A DNA stretch of 64,000 nucleotides. Source: Octopus bimaculoides (taxonomy: Eukaryota). The DNA is taken from positions 93,794,455 through 93,858,454 of the forward strand of contig NC_068983.1 in NCBI RefSeq assembly GCF_001194135.2, read 5' to 3'. Shown piece by piece: positions 25,921 through 39,337 of this stretch. The translations under genes and the position numbers were made by a program. Position 1 is the first letter of the stretch. Each line of letters begins with the position of its first letter. The notes below the pieces were generated by a model, which was given only the letters and a program-made list of their open reading frames with translations, did no database searches and was not told the DNA's origin.

Positions 25921-27112
25921 ATGCAAGCTGTCCAAAATCTGTGCAGAAGCCTCCATTTTTGAGGACACATGTTTCAAAAGCTCTAACTTTCTTCTAATAT
26001 TTTTTTACTTTTTACTCAACTGAGTTAACCTGACCCAGTAAATGAAAAGGTACACTGTAATCGTTGCCTTAAAAGTGCATCATAATGATACAGAGATAGT
26101 TTGTTTCCTTCGTTGTCAGAATTCAAAAGAAGCTGGAAGATGCTGATTGAGATACAACATCAGCAGTTAAAGGCATACACAGAGTCCTAACTCTATCAGA
26201 ACTCATAACTTAGTACAAAATGTTCAAGAAATAATCAGAGCCATTGCAAGGGCTTTGAGGTTCCAGAATTCTCCAATCAGAAGAGTTGTGCATGAGGGCA
26301 TCTGGTACAAGTTGTATGTGATGCAGAGAGGTCACTTTATGTTGGTTATAACAAGAATGAATCATTTGATCCATGGAAAGTGCTTACTAAACAAGTTAAA
26401 ACACCAAGAGGCTGAAATGCTTTGGTTTTACACCAATGAGAGAAACTTCAATGGGGACCAAAAAGTAAACTGAACGAACAACAGATAGTTGTGCAGACCT
26501 AAATAAGGTTCCAACAGCCATGCATACAATATTATCAACAACTCTAATGCTTCAGAGAGTCATCAGCAATGAGGGAGATGTCATATCTCTTCACTTGTAT
26601 TCACAGAGCTTAAGAGTCAGTGCCACTGTCTACGCAGAAGTGTTGGAGAATGATGTGAAGCCCTGGATAGACAGAGTACACAACGGAAGACTGTACTTCT
26701 CATAAGACTAGGACAACCCAAGCATGAATGTGTGGCAATCTCCATAATCATATTCTCCCAGACACATGGCCTCCTAGCTCACCTCATCAGACTTCAATCG
26801 ACTTAACTATTATATATAGGCCATAGTTGAGAGAGAGGTCAATCAACACACCTATAACACTATACAATTTCTCAAGTCTGCCATAACCAGCACCATATTT
26901 GAAATTGGTAAAGCTCATCTGATTCAGACATGTCAGCACACCCACTGCTGTATTGAAGCAGCCATTGGTGTTGGTGGAGTCATTGAATAGTGTAGTAAAA
27001 GGGTTCTCAAGATTATTTTTACCTATTTGCTTTCAAATACAGCTTTTCTTTGATGAGTTATGTGCCTTGTTCTTAACTTATACGAATGACGTCAAGAAAC
27101 TGATGCACCCTG
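25921..27112 (+). mobile_element. Degraded Tc1/mariner-superfamily (maT/DD37D-like) DNA transposon
   Basis: ORFs 26255-26473 (IRRVVHEGIWYKLYVMQRGHF...WFYTNERNF) and 26520-26705 (VISNEGDV...VLENDVKPWIDRV), a WPPSSP relic, and a right end CACCCTG+TA. The left boundary is approximate. Confidence 0.85.
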
Positions 27113-27154
<42 letters not shown>

Positions 27155-27198
27155 CCTATCTGTCTATTTATCTATTTGTCTATCTATCTATCTATCTA

Positions 27199-27243
<45 letters not shown>
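27112..27243. repeat. (TATC)n then (TA)n microsatellite ending at a gap
   Basis: Directly visible. Confidence 0.95.
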
Positions 27244-27284
27244 NNNNNNNNNNAAACTCGTTGTATATATATATATATGTATGT

Positions 27285-27655
27285 AGGAATGGCTGTGTAG
27301 TAAGTAGCTTGCTTACCAACCACATGGTCCTGGGTTCAGTCCCACTGCATGGCACCTTGGGCAAGTGTCTTCTACTATAGCCTCAGGCCAACCAAAGCCT
27401 TGTGGGTGGATTTGGTAGACAGAAACTGGAAGAAACTCGTTGTATATATATATATATGTATGTGTATGTATATGTTTGTGTGTCTGTCCCCCCAGCATCG
27501 CTTGACAACCGATGCTGGTTTGGCAAAAGAGTACGATAGAATAAGTACTAGGCTTACAAAGAATAAGCTGTGGGGTCGGTTTGCTCGACTATACAGCTGG
27601 TGCTCCAGCATGGCCGCAGTCAAATGACTGAAAGAAGTAAAAGAGTAAAAAGAGT
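27285..27655 (+). mobile_element. SINE family D, little diverged copy
   Basis: GAATGGCTGTGTAGTAAG...GGGTTCAGTCCC head; tail GGTGCTCCAGCATGGCCGCAGTCAAATGACTGAAA; CpGs retained. Confidence 0.9.
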
Positions 27656-28109
27656 ATATATGAGGTAGTTTTGGTGAAGCATCGTGAGGTATAACTTTAA
27701 ATAAAATTGTTGTGTAAGTACCTTTTTGCCTTACACAACAACCTTCTTTAATATATGTTACACAGACACATGCACATGCACACAGTACACACACACACAC
27801 ACATACACACACATACACACACATACATATGCATATATATTATGAGTATGTGTGTTTCTATTTCTCACTACTTGATAACTGGCTGGGTTTGTTTACATCC
27901 ATGTAGCTTAGCAATTTAGCTTAAATGTAACTGATAGAATAAGAATCAGGTTTAAAATAAGTACTAGTCGGGTAAAGAGAGTTTTCGATTGATTAAAACT
28001 ATTCAAGGTTTTTAATTGAGCAAACCCCTGCTGTAGTTTAATGATTGAAACAAATATAAAAGGAATAAAGGGGCAAAGCAAACAGACCAATCATTCAAAT
28101 CTCAGTAGA

Positions 28110-28450
28110 AGCAAACAGGCTTTTCATTGTCTGTTTTATAGAGGCAAACAGACCTTTTGTTGTCTTTTTTATGTAGGCAAACCTTTTGTTTTCTGTTTAA
28201 TATAGGCAAACAAACTTTTAGTGTCTGTTTTATTATAGGCAAACAAACCTTTCATTGCTTGTTTTATATATACAAACAAACCTTTTATTGTCTGTTTTAT
28301 AAAGGCAAACAAACCTTTCATAGTCTTTGTATATAGGCAAACCTTTCATTTTATGTATACAAACAAACCTTTTATTGTCTGTTTTATATAAACAAATAAA
28401 ACTTTCTTCATCTGTTTTATATTGACAAACTATTCATTGTTTTATATAAG
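28110..28450. repeat. Minisatellite with unit of about 33 bp (GGCAAACAAACCTTTYATTGTCTGTTTTATATA), about 11 degenerate copies
   Basis: GGCAAAC/TACAAAC anchors recur every 22-34 bp or so. Confidence 0.9.
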
Positions 28451-28539
28451 CAGGCCTTTTGTTAACAGACCTTTTGTTAACTATTTTATGGAAGCAAATA
28501 GTTCAAATAGTTTTAATTTATACTTTTTAATATATATAT

Positions 28540-28905
28540 CTTTTATTTTTTATTTGCTTCAGTCATTGAACTGTGGCCATGTTGAGACATCACCTTGAAG
28601 GCTCTAGTTGAACAAATTGACTCCAATTTGTTTTTTTAATATTTATTCTTTTGGTCTCTTTTTGGTAAACCACTAAGTTACAGGAATGTAAACAAACTAC
28701 CATTGGTTGTCAAGCAGTGATAGGAGACAAACACAAGCACAAATACACACACATATACATATATATGTGTATGTATGTATACAATTGACTTCTTTCAGTT
28801 TCTAGTTTCTGTTTTACCATATCCAGTCACAACAGTGGGACTGAACCCAAGACCACATGGTTGGGAAGCAAGTTTCTTGACCACACAGCCACATCTGCAT
28901 CTATA
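28540..28905 (-). mobile_element. SINE family D
   Basis: Colinear with 22170-22590. Confidence 0.8.
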
Positions 28906-29046
28906 TTCACTTTTTATTATTATTATTTTATTTGAGTGATTGTTGGGCCCATGGCCTTTTCAGGTTACTCCCAGACTAATGAAGTCAGTGTACTTGATTT
29001 TCTGCTTGAAGTTTTAAAGATCAGTTTCTGCAGGGAGACTGTAGAC

Positions 29047-29348
29047 CAGTGGTTCTCAATCAGGGTTCATATGGTTCCTCAGGGTCCATATAAGATTTTT
29101 AGGGGCTCACACAACAAAATAGTAAATTGGGGATCCACAACAGTGTTTTAAGGACCCCGAAAAAGCTTTGTTTTAGATGTATGTATTAATATGTATTGCA
29201 AGAAACAACTTTCTCTAACATTTTATAAAGTTCAACCTACACAAGTTATTGTATGAAAAACAAACTAGGAATTTTGAAAGATGTTTCTATAAAACCAGTT
29301 TTAATATGCAAAAGGGGTCCATCGATAAAAAAATGGTTGTAACCCCTG
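29047..29348. mobile_element. hAT (Charlie-like) MITE
   Basis: Ends CAGTGGTTCTCAA and GGTTGTAACCCCTG; flanks CTGTAGAC and TTCTAGAA carry the central TAGA typical of Charlie targets. Related fragments lie near 17860-17930, 21400, 21770-21815 and 29470-29515. Confidence 0.7.
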
Positions 29349-29709
29349 TTCTAGAATGTCATGCTAAAAATATACAATCACATCATCAAAATCTCAAAGT
29401 TACATGATTAATTCAAAACTAGTTTTTAAACACTGAATGTCTTGACAGGGGGCACCAGTATAAAATAATAATCAAAGGGATCCATAGATAAAAGATGGTT
29501 GTGAACCCCCTGCAAGAGACAAAGACAGAATTCAGAAAGAATTGCAATCATGGCAGGATGTGATTGAGCACAATGATTAATGTAAGGCTTATTGGAGGAA
29601 AACAGGTTAAGTGCATGAGCTGGTGTGGTTTGTGACTGCCTAGATTAGAGAAGATACAACATTTTAATAATGATAGAAGTCACAGAGTAAAACGACTGTG
29701 TCTTCTTTT

Positions 29710-30115
29710 TTATATTTTATTCATTTCAATCACTGGACTGTGGCCATGCTGGGGCATTTCCTTGAGGTGTTTAGTCAAACAAATTGGCCCTAGTATTTAC
29801 TTGTTAAATCTAATACTCATTCTATCGGTCTTCTTTTGCTGATCTTGGGACATTGGCTTATTTACAGAGATGTAAATAAACCAACACCGGTTGTCAAGCA
29901 GTGGTTGGGGACAAACACACACACACACACATGCATGTGTACACACACACACACACATAGTGGGCTTCCATACAGTTTCTGTCCTGTAAATTCACCCACA
30001 AGACTTTGGTCAACTTAGGGCTATAGTAAAAGGCACTTACCCAAGGTGCCACACAGTGGGACTGAATTGAAAACCACATTGTTTCAAAGCAAACTTTTTA
30101 ACTACACAGCTACGT
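29710..30115 (-). mobile_element. SINE family D
   Basis: Colinear with 22170-22590. Confidence 0.85.
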
Positions 30116-30119
30116 CTGT

Positions 30120-30400
30120 GAACCTGTGATTCTAATGTGTTGCTGAGGGAGTCTTTGAGTGGTTACAGTGCATTGATGAGCAAATTTTTGAGTAATTGAA
30201 GTGTGTTGGCTAGAGAATCCTTGCTAATTAGTTAAATAGCGTTCCATTAGATGTTGTCTCCGATGTTTGTATGTATAGTAACACTGCAGCAGCACTATTT
30301 CAGATATCACAACAGTACTCAAATGTGTCTTTTATGTTAAAGTACAACTTACAATATCATGGTTTTGTTGACTGATGCTAATTTGTCATGTCCACATTGA
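30120..30400 (-). mobile_element. Highly degraded CR1/L2-like LINE 3' fragment
   Basis: Relic FEYCCDI.NSAAA resembling LEYCSHIW. Confidence 0.4.
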
Positions 30401-31282
30401 ATGAATTTGGGAGGAAGTTTTAAAAAATTAATTACTGAAATGTTTTCCTCCCTACGTATGCAACTACAGGACTGATATTTACATTAATTGGGACTGGCTA
30501 TATACATTAGTAGGGTGTTTTGTTTGTCTTTCTTTTCTATATCAATCATTTCTTTGCTTAAGTTATCAATCTTCCATGAGTGTTGGCTTCTGTCATTCTT
30601 CACAGTTTAATCAGTAAGTAAAATGACCCAAGTTGCACTTCTTCTAATGTTTAGCTTTTAGAAATTTATTTGCTTGTTTATTCTTCTGTACTGAATCTCT
30701 CTACCTTACAATAAACTGCTTTTGTTTTTTCTTCTTTTATTTATTTATCTAAGGTGGACTATAATAGCATTGGCTGCCTTTAGAATAAACTTGTCATTCA
30801 AAAACCTTTCCTCATTTTCTGATATTAATGTTATCATCATCCTCGTCATGGTATTTGTCGTTGTCATTAACATCACTGTCATCATCATTATTGTCGTCGT
30901 TGTTGTTGTCATCATCATCCTGTCATCATCGTTATTATTGTTATCATCATTTCAAATGTTCAACCTCTCTATCTCTGATGGTCTCTCATCATAGCCCAGA
31001 ACATTGTCATCCCCCAAAACTAGGCTTCCCGTTTAGAGCCACAAAATTCTTCAGCACTGATCAGATTCTGGCTGGTGCTGTGGAATTCACGAAGATTTAC
31101 AGTGTTAATTTCAATTCCTCTGACAAGAAAAGTTGCTTGCAATAGACAGAATCGACCCTATCTAGGAGAAAGTATGTTTCTCATTTACTTAGTACTCTCC
31201 TGTTATTTGGGAAAATATTAGATTAGTAATGCTACATCAGACTGGGTGACCATTGACAGCAGAAAGCCTTTCTTGTACCTTT

Positions 31283-31945
31283 TAACCCTTTAATACTTAA
31301 AGTGGCCACAACCAGCCCAAATATTCTACTTGTTTTATGTTCAAACCAGCCAGATCTGGTTTCTAACACCTACCCTACAATGTCATTCTAAAAATAAACA
31401 ATCATCATCATTATCATCATTTAACGTCTGCCTTCCATGCTGGCATGGGTTGGATGGTTTAACAGAAGCTGGCCAGGTAGATGACTACACTAGGCTGCTG
31501 TATCTGTTTTGGCAGAGTTTTTATGGCTGGATGCCCTTCCTAACACCAACCACCCCACAGAATGGACTGAGGAATTTTTAGGCAGCACCAGCACAGGCAA
31601 GGTCAGTTTTGACATGGTTTATACAGCTGGATGCCCTTCCAAATGCCAACTACTTCACAATGTGGACTGGATGCTTTTTACATGGCACCAGTACTGACAG
31701 TGTCACCAAGTAACTTGCAAGACAAGGAATTTTGGGAGAAGAGGGGCATTGGAGGAAGTGATCTTCAGTCAGATGATGAAAGGTGTGTGACAGAGAGACA
31801 GAGAGGGAAAAACAGGTGTCTTGCTGTAGAGGAGGTACATGGTTATCATATCATTGAAATCTTAAAACTCCAAGATAATGCATGATTAATTCAAAATAAT
31901 GTGACTAAATAAGAATTACATTTGACAAATGCTAAATGGTTAGAG
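31283..31945. mobile_element. piggyBac-like (TTAA-CCC) MITE interrupted by an RTE 3' fragment
   Basis: Starts TTAACCCTTT. The two halves (31283-31400 and 31850-31945) join to match the uninterrupted copy at 37640-37866 and the reverse complement of 41015-41242. Confidence 0.7.
31405..31850 (-). mobile_element. RTE LINE 3' UTR fragment
   Basis: TCATCATTTAACGTCTGCCTTCCATGCTGGCATGGGTTGGA is the reverse complement of the tail at 44590-44648. Confidence 0.8.
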
Positions 31946-32039
31946 TTACAAATTTATGTTGAGTCTTGTCTCCTCTCCTATTACGATTTCATTCACATCA
32001 AGGATGCACTATAAAAATTCACTCCAATACTTCAGAAGA

Positions 32040-32460
32040 ATGAAAGCCAAAGTTGATCATGCTGGAAGGCAGCTACTACAGACACAAATATCTGAGACCA
32101 TATCCAAAAGAAGGCCATTTAATTGATTAGCAAAGCTTCAGACACCGTACTGCAGCCACTGGCTCATAGATGTGTTGTTTCCTTTCTATGCCTTTTCTAT
32201 GGCTTCTGCTACTCTGAACTAGCTATTTGTTTACTCTTCTACTTAGGCCTATCAAATACACCATCTTTCTTCTTTTCATCATCTCTACTATACTTCACTT
32301 CACACATTCTGTACCAAACACTCTACTCAATCATTTGTCTTAAAGGTGTAAACTTCAGGAATTCCCTACCTATCTATGTTTTTCTGGGTACATTGAACTT
32401 TTGAATACTCAAACTAAGCACCAGTCACATCAATCTTATCTGTTTCAAGCTCTAGGAATT
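32040..32460 (+). mobile_element. Degraded CR1/L2-like LINE 3' end
   Basis: ORF 32123-32404 LQPLAHRCVVSFLCLFY...NSLPIYVF resembles the LQPLSHRR...WNSLP C-terminus. Confidence 0.65.
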
Positions 32461-33299
32461 TGTCAAAGGTCTTAGATTTTCTCTTCATTTGATGAACTAA
32501 TACTAAAAAGGATAGAGAGAGAGAAAGAGAGAGAGGTTTTTTTCCCCCCATCTAACAACTTTTCATCAGGTTCTAAATAAACATTTATCACCAATGACAT
32601 TAACAACTTTTACGTCAACTTTTTTCATCTCAGGCATAATGTTCACTGGTCCTATAGCTTAATTTAAACTTATGATATCAACCATTTCAATATTCAAAGT
32701 TATTCTGAATATTCAACAGCTTGGGAAACAGTATAGCTTGGATAAGGATCATTTCATCAGAAATTCTCCAACAACATCACAAAGTTAATTGCATGACTGC
32801 ATGGCCACACTGTTGACCTTAGACCCTTTATCTTCATTCAATGTTTATCAGCTTTGAATTATATTCTTACTTTTTATATCACCTAAATTTTTCATTCATT
32901 TTTCATGCTGCTTCTCTTTATTATAAACTTTAGACAAAATAGTTACATATTCTCAAGATATTCTCTTGATATACCTAGTATATATTATCCTGGTGTGATA
33001 CTGATTAGGATATTTTTTCAACATAAATAATTATTTATTATTTGTTATTATAATAGTTAATTATAATTAATGCTACTTATTTTCACATTAGATTACTGCT
33101 ACAACTTACACTAATTGCAGTTTCTTGACCTTTAACCTAAATAGGACCCTCATATAATGTTTAGAGGGTGGGGTATATTTTTAACTGTAAAATGTGATAT
33201 TTAGAGTTAAGATATTAGAAACTGACTATAAGATAATGGTCCTAGCTACCAGAAATGAGATATGACTTGTGCAAACAATTATTTTAAAGAGTAGGACTC

Positions 33300-33625
33300 C
33301 CTTCATTCATGAATAACAGTGGGATTGCACCTAGAAAGTTACCTTCCAAGGCACAAGTCTGGGCAAGGTTGTTTATGGAAGGCCAGCAGTCACCCATGCA
33401 TACTAGCCTCCCCTCTCCATGCCACCAATGTTATCCAAGGGAAGGACAAAGGCTAATACAGCTTGGAACTAATGATGGTACAACTCATTTCTACAGTGGA
33501 GTGAACTAGAGCTATGTAAAAATAAAGTGTCTTGCTCAAGAACACAACACATAGTCAGGTCTGAGAATTGAACTCACTGCCTCATGATTGTGAGCCTGCT
33601 GCTCTAACCACTGAGCCATGCACTG
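33300..33625 (-). mobile_element. SINE family B
   Basis: Colinear with 14690-15030. Confidence 0.85.
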
Positions 33626-33884
33626 CTATAAATTAACTATTTTGGCAAGTGATAGTGAGTGATATCAGAATTATTGTAGCTGATGAAGATCAGAGTCAGT
33701 TACTGAGGACCCCACTATAATTATCAATTTTACCTTTTATTATTTTAATTCATTTGAGATAGATTTAAATGGAACATTAATCAAACTTTTCATTAAACTG
33801 CCCAATGTGTCTTTAATTCAATCGCCAGGTGTCTGTGATATTTAAATTCAGTTCATTAGAATTGCTTGTATTAAATTATTTTTG

Positions 33885-34380
33885 TTAAAGTGAGAGAAGA
33901 GTTGGACACAAGAGGCATCAGATGTGGTGTGCAAGAGAAACAACTGTGCTGGTATGGTCATGTGATGTATATGGATGAGTACAGCTGTGCAAAGAAGTGC
34001 CTATCTCTAACTGTGGTGGGAACCTGTGGTAGAGGTAGATCCAGGAAGACATGGGATGAGGTGGTGAAGTATGATCTTCAAACTTTGGGCCTCACAGAGG
34101 CAATGACTAATGATCAAGACCATTGGTGATATGCTGTGCTTGAGAAGACCTGTCAAGCCAAGTGAAACCATAGTCATGGCTGATGCTGGTGTCACATAAC
34201 TGGTACCCATGCTGATGGCACATAAAAAGCACCTTTCAAGCATTGGGCCTGATGCCAGTTGCATGTGAAAAGTTCCTTTCGAGTGTTGGGCCTCATGGAG
34301 GCAGTGACCAAGATCTTTGGCATTATGTTGTGCTTGAGAAGAAGACCCATCAAGCCAAGTAAAATCACAGTGTATCATTG
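33885..34380 (+). mobile_element. RTE LINE 3' fragment
   Basis: ORF 33890-34129 ...LCWYGHVMYM...GRGRSRKTWDEVVKYDL, followed by 3' UTR. Confidence 0.9.
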
Positions 34381-35879
34381 TAGTTAATGGTGGAGACTCT
34401 AGCCCTCAATGCTTTTTGGCTGGTGCTGGTACACTACATGAAACATAAAACATCAATCTTTAGCTTTTGCAGAGTAAGTGGCCCTGCTGACATTTTTTAA
34501 CTGGGCTCCGCACTTTCTAGCATCAGCCATGATTATTGATCCCTATTTTCAGTTGCATATCTTTTGTGTCAACTATACCTCAGCCTGTTTGAACTATAAT
34601 CAATGTGCCATCAAAAGTGTTAAAGACTAAAATTATAGAATTATTTTTTAAATGTATTTCTTGTGAAGAAGATAATGAAAAATAAGTTGTATGACAGTAT
34701 TTAAAAAGAAAAATCAAAAAGTATCTAAAAAAATAGAAAGCTTTGACAGTGTCTGATTTGTGGAAAAGAATAAAAAGGAAACTAAAATCCTTTAAAGTTG
34801 TAGATTGGCCTTTGATATTTGAGTGTTTATGCATGTGCATACATGTGGATATGTATGCTTATATATGTACAAGCATTGCTGATTATGTCTGGTTATATCT
34901 ATGTATACATCTGTATGTATTTATACATGAATAGTTTGAGGCTTATGGCAAATAACAACTTAGTAATATTAATAAATGTTCCAGTAAAACTTACTGCAAG
35001 TTATTCTGACATATTCCAAAGTTTAATTTTATGATAGGTTGTTTTGAAAAAAATGTATTAAAGAAACAAATTATTATAGATATGAATGCTGGAAATTTCA
35101 TAAAATTTTCGTCACAGGCACCAAGAAGAAATTTTACTAAAATTAATCATTTAAGTTCTATGCTTATAGAACTGGAAGAAAATATTCTTCTAAGTAGCTG
35201 ACAAATTTTCATTCAGAAAATGGCTTCTCATATTTCTTTCAGTAAAGTTGACATTAAATCGAGAAAATTTTTTGAAAAGTTATTTAAATGAAATATTTTT
35301 CTTAAAATTTGCATTATATCGATATTGAATATCATAACAATCTTATGTAAAAATTGTGTTTCAGTGATATAGAAACAGTTGCCAGTGTATTTAAGTGTGC
35401 ATTGTGCATTCTCCTTCTCACATATTTTATGTCAGCCAAATATGGAAAGAAAATCACAAATCTACATCTAATGGAATATCAGCACTTCTAGTAATGACCC
35501 GAACAACACTTGCCAAACCATCTGTGTTACTGATAAATTATCTGATCTTGTTGTAAAACGTCAAAATATGCAGGTTTTGTTTTGTTTTTGTTTGTTGTTT
35601 TTTTTTGTTTGTTTTTTTGGTGTGGTTGCTTTTTGTAACTTGCTGGGTTAGGAGGCAAGAGCAGTGTTCATAACCCTTACAGGCCTTCTGAAACTATTGA
35701 GATTGATGTCATTAAAGGTGCACTTAAACTGTTGCAAGTCAACATCTGCAGGAATAATATCAGCAAGAAGATTCCAGTGGGGTAGCATTATGAGATTAAT
35801 GGTAGTGATTAGCGATGAGTATGTGTGGGNNNNNNNNNNGGGGGGGGGGGAACATGGATGATGACAGGAAAAATGGTAA

Positions 35880-36420
35880 GAACTTTAATAGAAGTGGCAC
35901 AAAATCAACTAGCTCTGAGAAACAAAGGCCATTATAGTGTCAACAAAAAAAAAGGCAGAGAGAGCCATAGTATGAGCCATAGAATCAGAGATGTATGTTT
36001 ATATCAATCTGTCCAGTGGCCTTTCTTTGGATGTTGTAGTCTAGGATAGCTGTGAGTGTTTGCAGCAGCAGCATTGCCCCAAATGTGGAAGCAACATTGT
36101 ATTGTGGGCCTCACTTCTGCTTCATAAAGTATCAGCAGATGTTGAGGGCTGAAGTATTTTCTATTTTCAAAGAGAAGAGCTAGTTTGGGGGGCATGACCC
36201 TAGCGATGTTAAGGATGTGCTTTCACCAGGAGAGATTATTGATGATAGTGAAGCATAACACTTTCCAGAGACAGCAATACTTCACACAGTACATGAAATA
36301 CCATCAGCACAATCTTTAGTCTTCCACATCTCTACCCTAGTATCTATGGGACATTTTCAATATATAACTTATATATTGCACTCTAGTATTCTTTCAGATA
36401 TGTTTTCCCAAGCATAAAGT
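35880..36420 (-). mobile_element. Degraded CR1/L2-like LINE fragment
   Basis: ORF 36004-36195 RKYFSPQHLLILYEAEVRPTIQCCFHIW. Confidence 0.8.
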
Positions 36421-37639
36421 TTTTCAGATATGCTATACAAGCAAAGGCATTAATAACTAGAAGGAAGAACATATATGCAACCATTTCACCTGCTAAAAAT
36501 AGTAACTGAATTTCTCTTAGATCACACCCTATCATTTCTTACTTTTCTTTTATCCTCTTGATTTATCTTTCTTCCTACTCAGTTGATAGAAAATAAAAGA
36601 TTGAATATACAATAGTGATGTAAGAAACTTTCTTAGTAAGCTTATTGCTGCTAATGAATACACAAAGAGAATGTAGAGACAACTCCTTAATCTTGCCAGA
36701 TAGTAACACAACCTCTTTAGTGTTGGTGTCACAATAAAATGCACTCAAGACACTCTGTAAAATGTTTAGCAATAGGAAGGGTATCCAGCTATAGAAATCA
36801 CAGAGACAAAAAAATGGAACATGCAAGTGAGATGTGATCCTTAAACCATCTAGGTGAGCAGCAAATTCAAATCAAAACTGACAAGCCATGTTGACCAATA
36901 CAGACAATGTTTGCATGAAAACGCAGATGTAGAAATGATGGTGATGATGTTGACAGTGGTAGTAGTGGTGGTTGTGATGATGATGATGATGATGACAATG
37001 ATGATGATATATCTTAAAATTTTGGAGAATAAAGTTCCACTTTTTCTTAATTCATTGCTACCTTCATCATTCTCATTATCCTATTCAGTATTAGGACATA
37101 AATAGAACATATTTAATTTTTCGTTTTCAAATTCTCTGCAAATAAGTTTTTTGTTTTTTGTTATTTCTTTTTCAATTAGAATTCCTTTTGTTCTCAATAA
37201 ACTCATCATCTTAGTTTAACAAGACTTTTCAGGTGGTTTTTAGAAAATCAAAATGTCCTCCAACCATTTACTTGTGCGTTTTGAAAGATGATTGACAACT
37301 AATTATTGATAATTACACTTTTAGCAGTCAGTGTATTTATGTAGATCAAACAGCTTTTATCGTATTTTTTGTTTACACTTTGCTAATCATCTGTTGTTAT
37401 TGTTTAAATATCAGTTACTTATTTCTTCTTTTTGGAATTCTACATCTGTCTAATATTATTAACACTTTGTTTGTTGTTGAATAATAGAAATAAGATCTTC
37501 AACTGATTAAATAGGCCTGCAGCTTATTATAAGATAGACAAAGATGAATTTCAAGCCAACAAAGGATATATATGCAGTTGCTTGTACTACAAAAAACAGC
37601 AGCCAAATTTCCCTCAAATCATACCCTCCATTTTCATTT

Positions 37640-37866
37640 GACTATTTTGAATCCAGCTAAACCAGCTATATCTAGCCCAAATATTCTATTTGTGTTATAT
37701 TCAAGCTGGTCAGATCTGGCCTGTCATACCTACCCTAGAATGTCATTCTACAAATATACAATCACATCATTGAAATCTCAAAGCTACAAGATAATATATG
37801 ATTAATTCAAAACAGTGTGAATAAATATTACATTTGGCCAAGTAATCTCAATGATAAAAGGGCTAA
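37640..37866. mobile_element. piggyBac-like MITE, same family as 41015-41242
   Basis: Shared GCCCAAATATTCT...CAGATCTGG...CCTACCCTAGAATGTCATTCTA; ends AAAAGGGCTAA. Confidence 0.7.
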
Positions 37867-38754
37867 CTCTCAGCATAACTATTGCTGGCTTATCTATACT
37901 GGTTGTAAAGCCTACTTGTTCACATTGCTCAATTGCTTGAATAAGGTACTTCCAAGGCTCGGTGATTATCTTTGGCCACTGATACCTGGACAGAATTTGT
38001 ACTCAGAACACTATGAGCAAGAATAGATACCACAAGGCAACTCTTCTGGGGTTCTCACAATTCCACCAACCTACCACTCTGAATTGCATTTATTGACCCC
38101 AAAAGAATGAAAAGCAATGTTGACCCTGATAAAGTTTGAAGTCAGAGAGCAGGGAACTGGAGCACAATGCAAGACATTTCAACCGATGTGCTAACAACTC
38201 TGATAATTCGGTCTTTATAAAAAAAAGAAGCCCTTTCTTACCTTTCAAAAAAAATGAGTAACAACAAGGGAACTAACTTCTGCATGGTTGATGACATCCT
38301 AGAAATAACAACCACATCTTCCTCCAATCAAACTGTACTATCTGAAAAAAAGAAAGGCCACTTTGACAGTGTACTCTTATATATTCAAGAGGACATGATG
38401 GTCATGCCTGGAATGCTTTTGACCTTAAGTTTGTTCCATCAGGGCTGACTTGGAAAAAAATGGGGACTAAACAGCAGCAACAGAGGAAGAACATATTGGA
38501 TACATAATGGATAATGTAGTCTTAGATATACTGTTCCTGAAAATGAAAACCAGATGGTTGCAGCCTTTGATCTAAGAGCTACTGATCAGGGATGTCTGTA
38601 GCTAAAAAACAACAATAGCAACAACATCAGATGATGAAAATATTTGCTTAGATCAGAAACTAATTAAACAAATATGTTCCTCTTCTGATGTTGTTATTGT
38701 TGTTGTTTAATTCCAGACAACTCTAATCAGCAGCTTTAAGATCAAAGGCTACAA

Positions 38755-39215
38755 TCATCTTGTCCACTTAAAATGGAGGGAAGTTGTGGAAGAAGAAGAC
38801 TCAATAAGACATGGAATAAAGTATTGAAGGCCAATCTCAAAACGCTGAGCCTTACGAAGGAGATGACAGAGGACTAAGATATGTAATGCATTGCTGTACT
38901 CAAGAAGACCTGCCCACCACAACAGAACTAAGATCCTAAAACCAAGGTTCCAATTAAAAAGCATTGGTGTGGCTGCTGGTACTATGTAAAAAGCATTGGT
39001 GATGGTGCTACATGAAAAGCACTGTTGATGGTGCCATGTAAAAAACCTCCCAGCACAATCTGTGAAGTGGTTGGCATTAAGATGGGCATCCAGCCATAGA
39101 AGCCAAGCCAAAACAGACTATGGAACCTGATGCAGACCCCTGGCCTTGCCAGTTCCTGTCAAGCCATTCAACTCATACCAACATGGAAAATGGATGTTAA
39201 ATGTTGATGATTATT
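38755..39215 (+). mobile_element. RTE LINE 3' fragment with tail
   Basis: MEGSCGRRRLNKTWNKVLKANLKTLSL relic; tail CATGGAAAATGGATGTTAAATGTTGATGA. Confidence 0.8.
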
Positions 39216-39337
39216 ATTTTGTTTTCTTCAGTTTATTTCCAGCCATTTCCCCTGTTAATGATTGGATAAATGAAGCATTGAATAAACTTAAAAATAAACT
39301 ATTTTCATGTATAAAAGTTCCAATTGAGTTATTGTTA

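Noticed and set aside
27254-27464. 31-bp duplication (27254-27284 and 27433-27463) that looks like a TSD; a similar duplication flanks the 45982 gap
   Set aside because: Both sit against 10-N gaps inside TA/TG repeats and are most likely contig-overlap artefacts.
38608-38707. Inverted repeat AACAACATCAGA / TCTGATGTTGTT with inner pairing
   Set aside because: Largely explained by (AAC)n tails of two oppositely oriented repeats.
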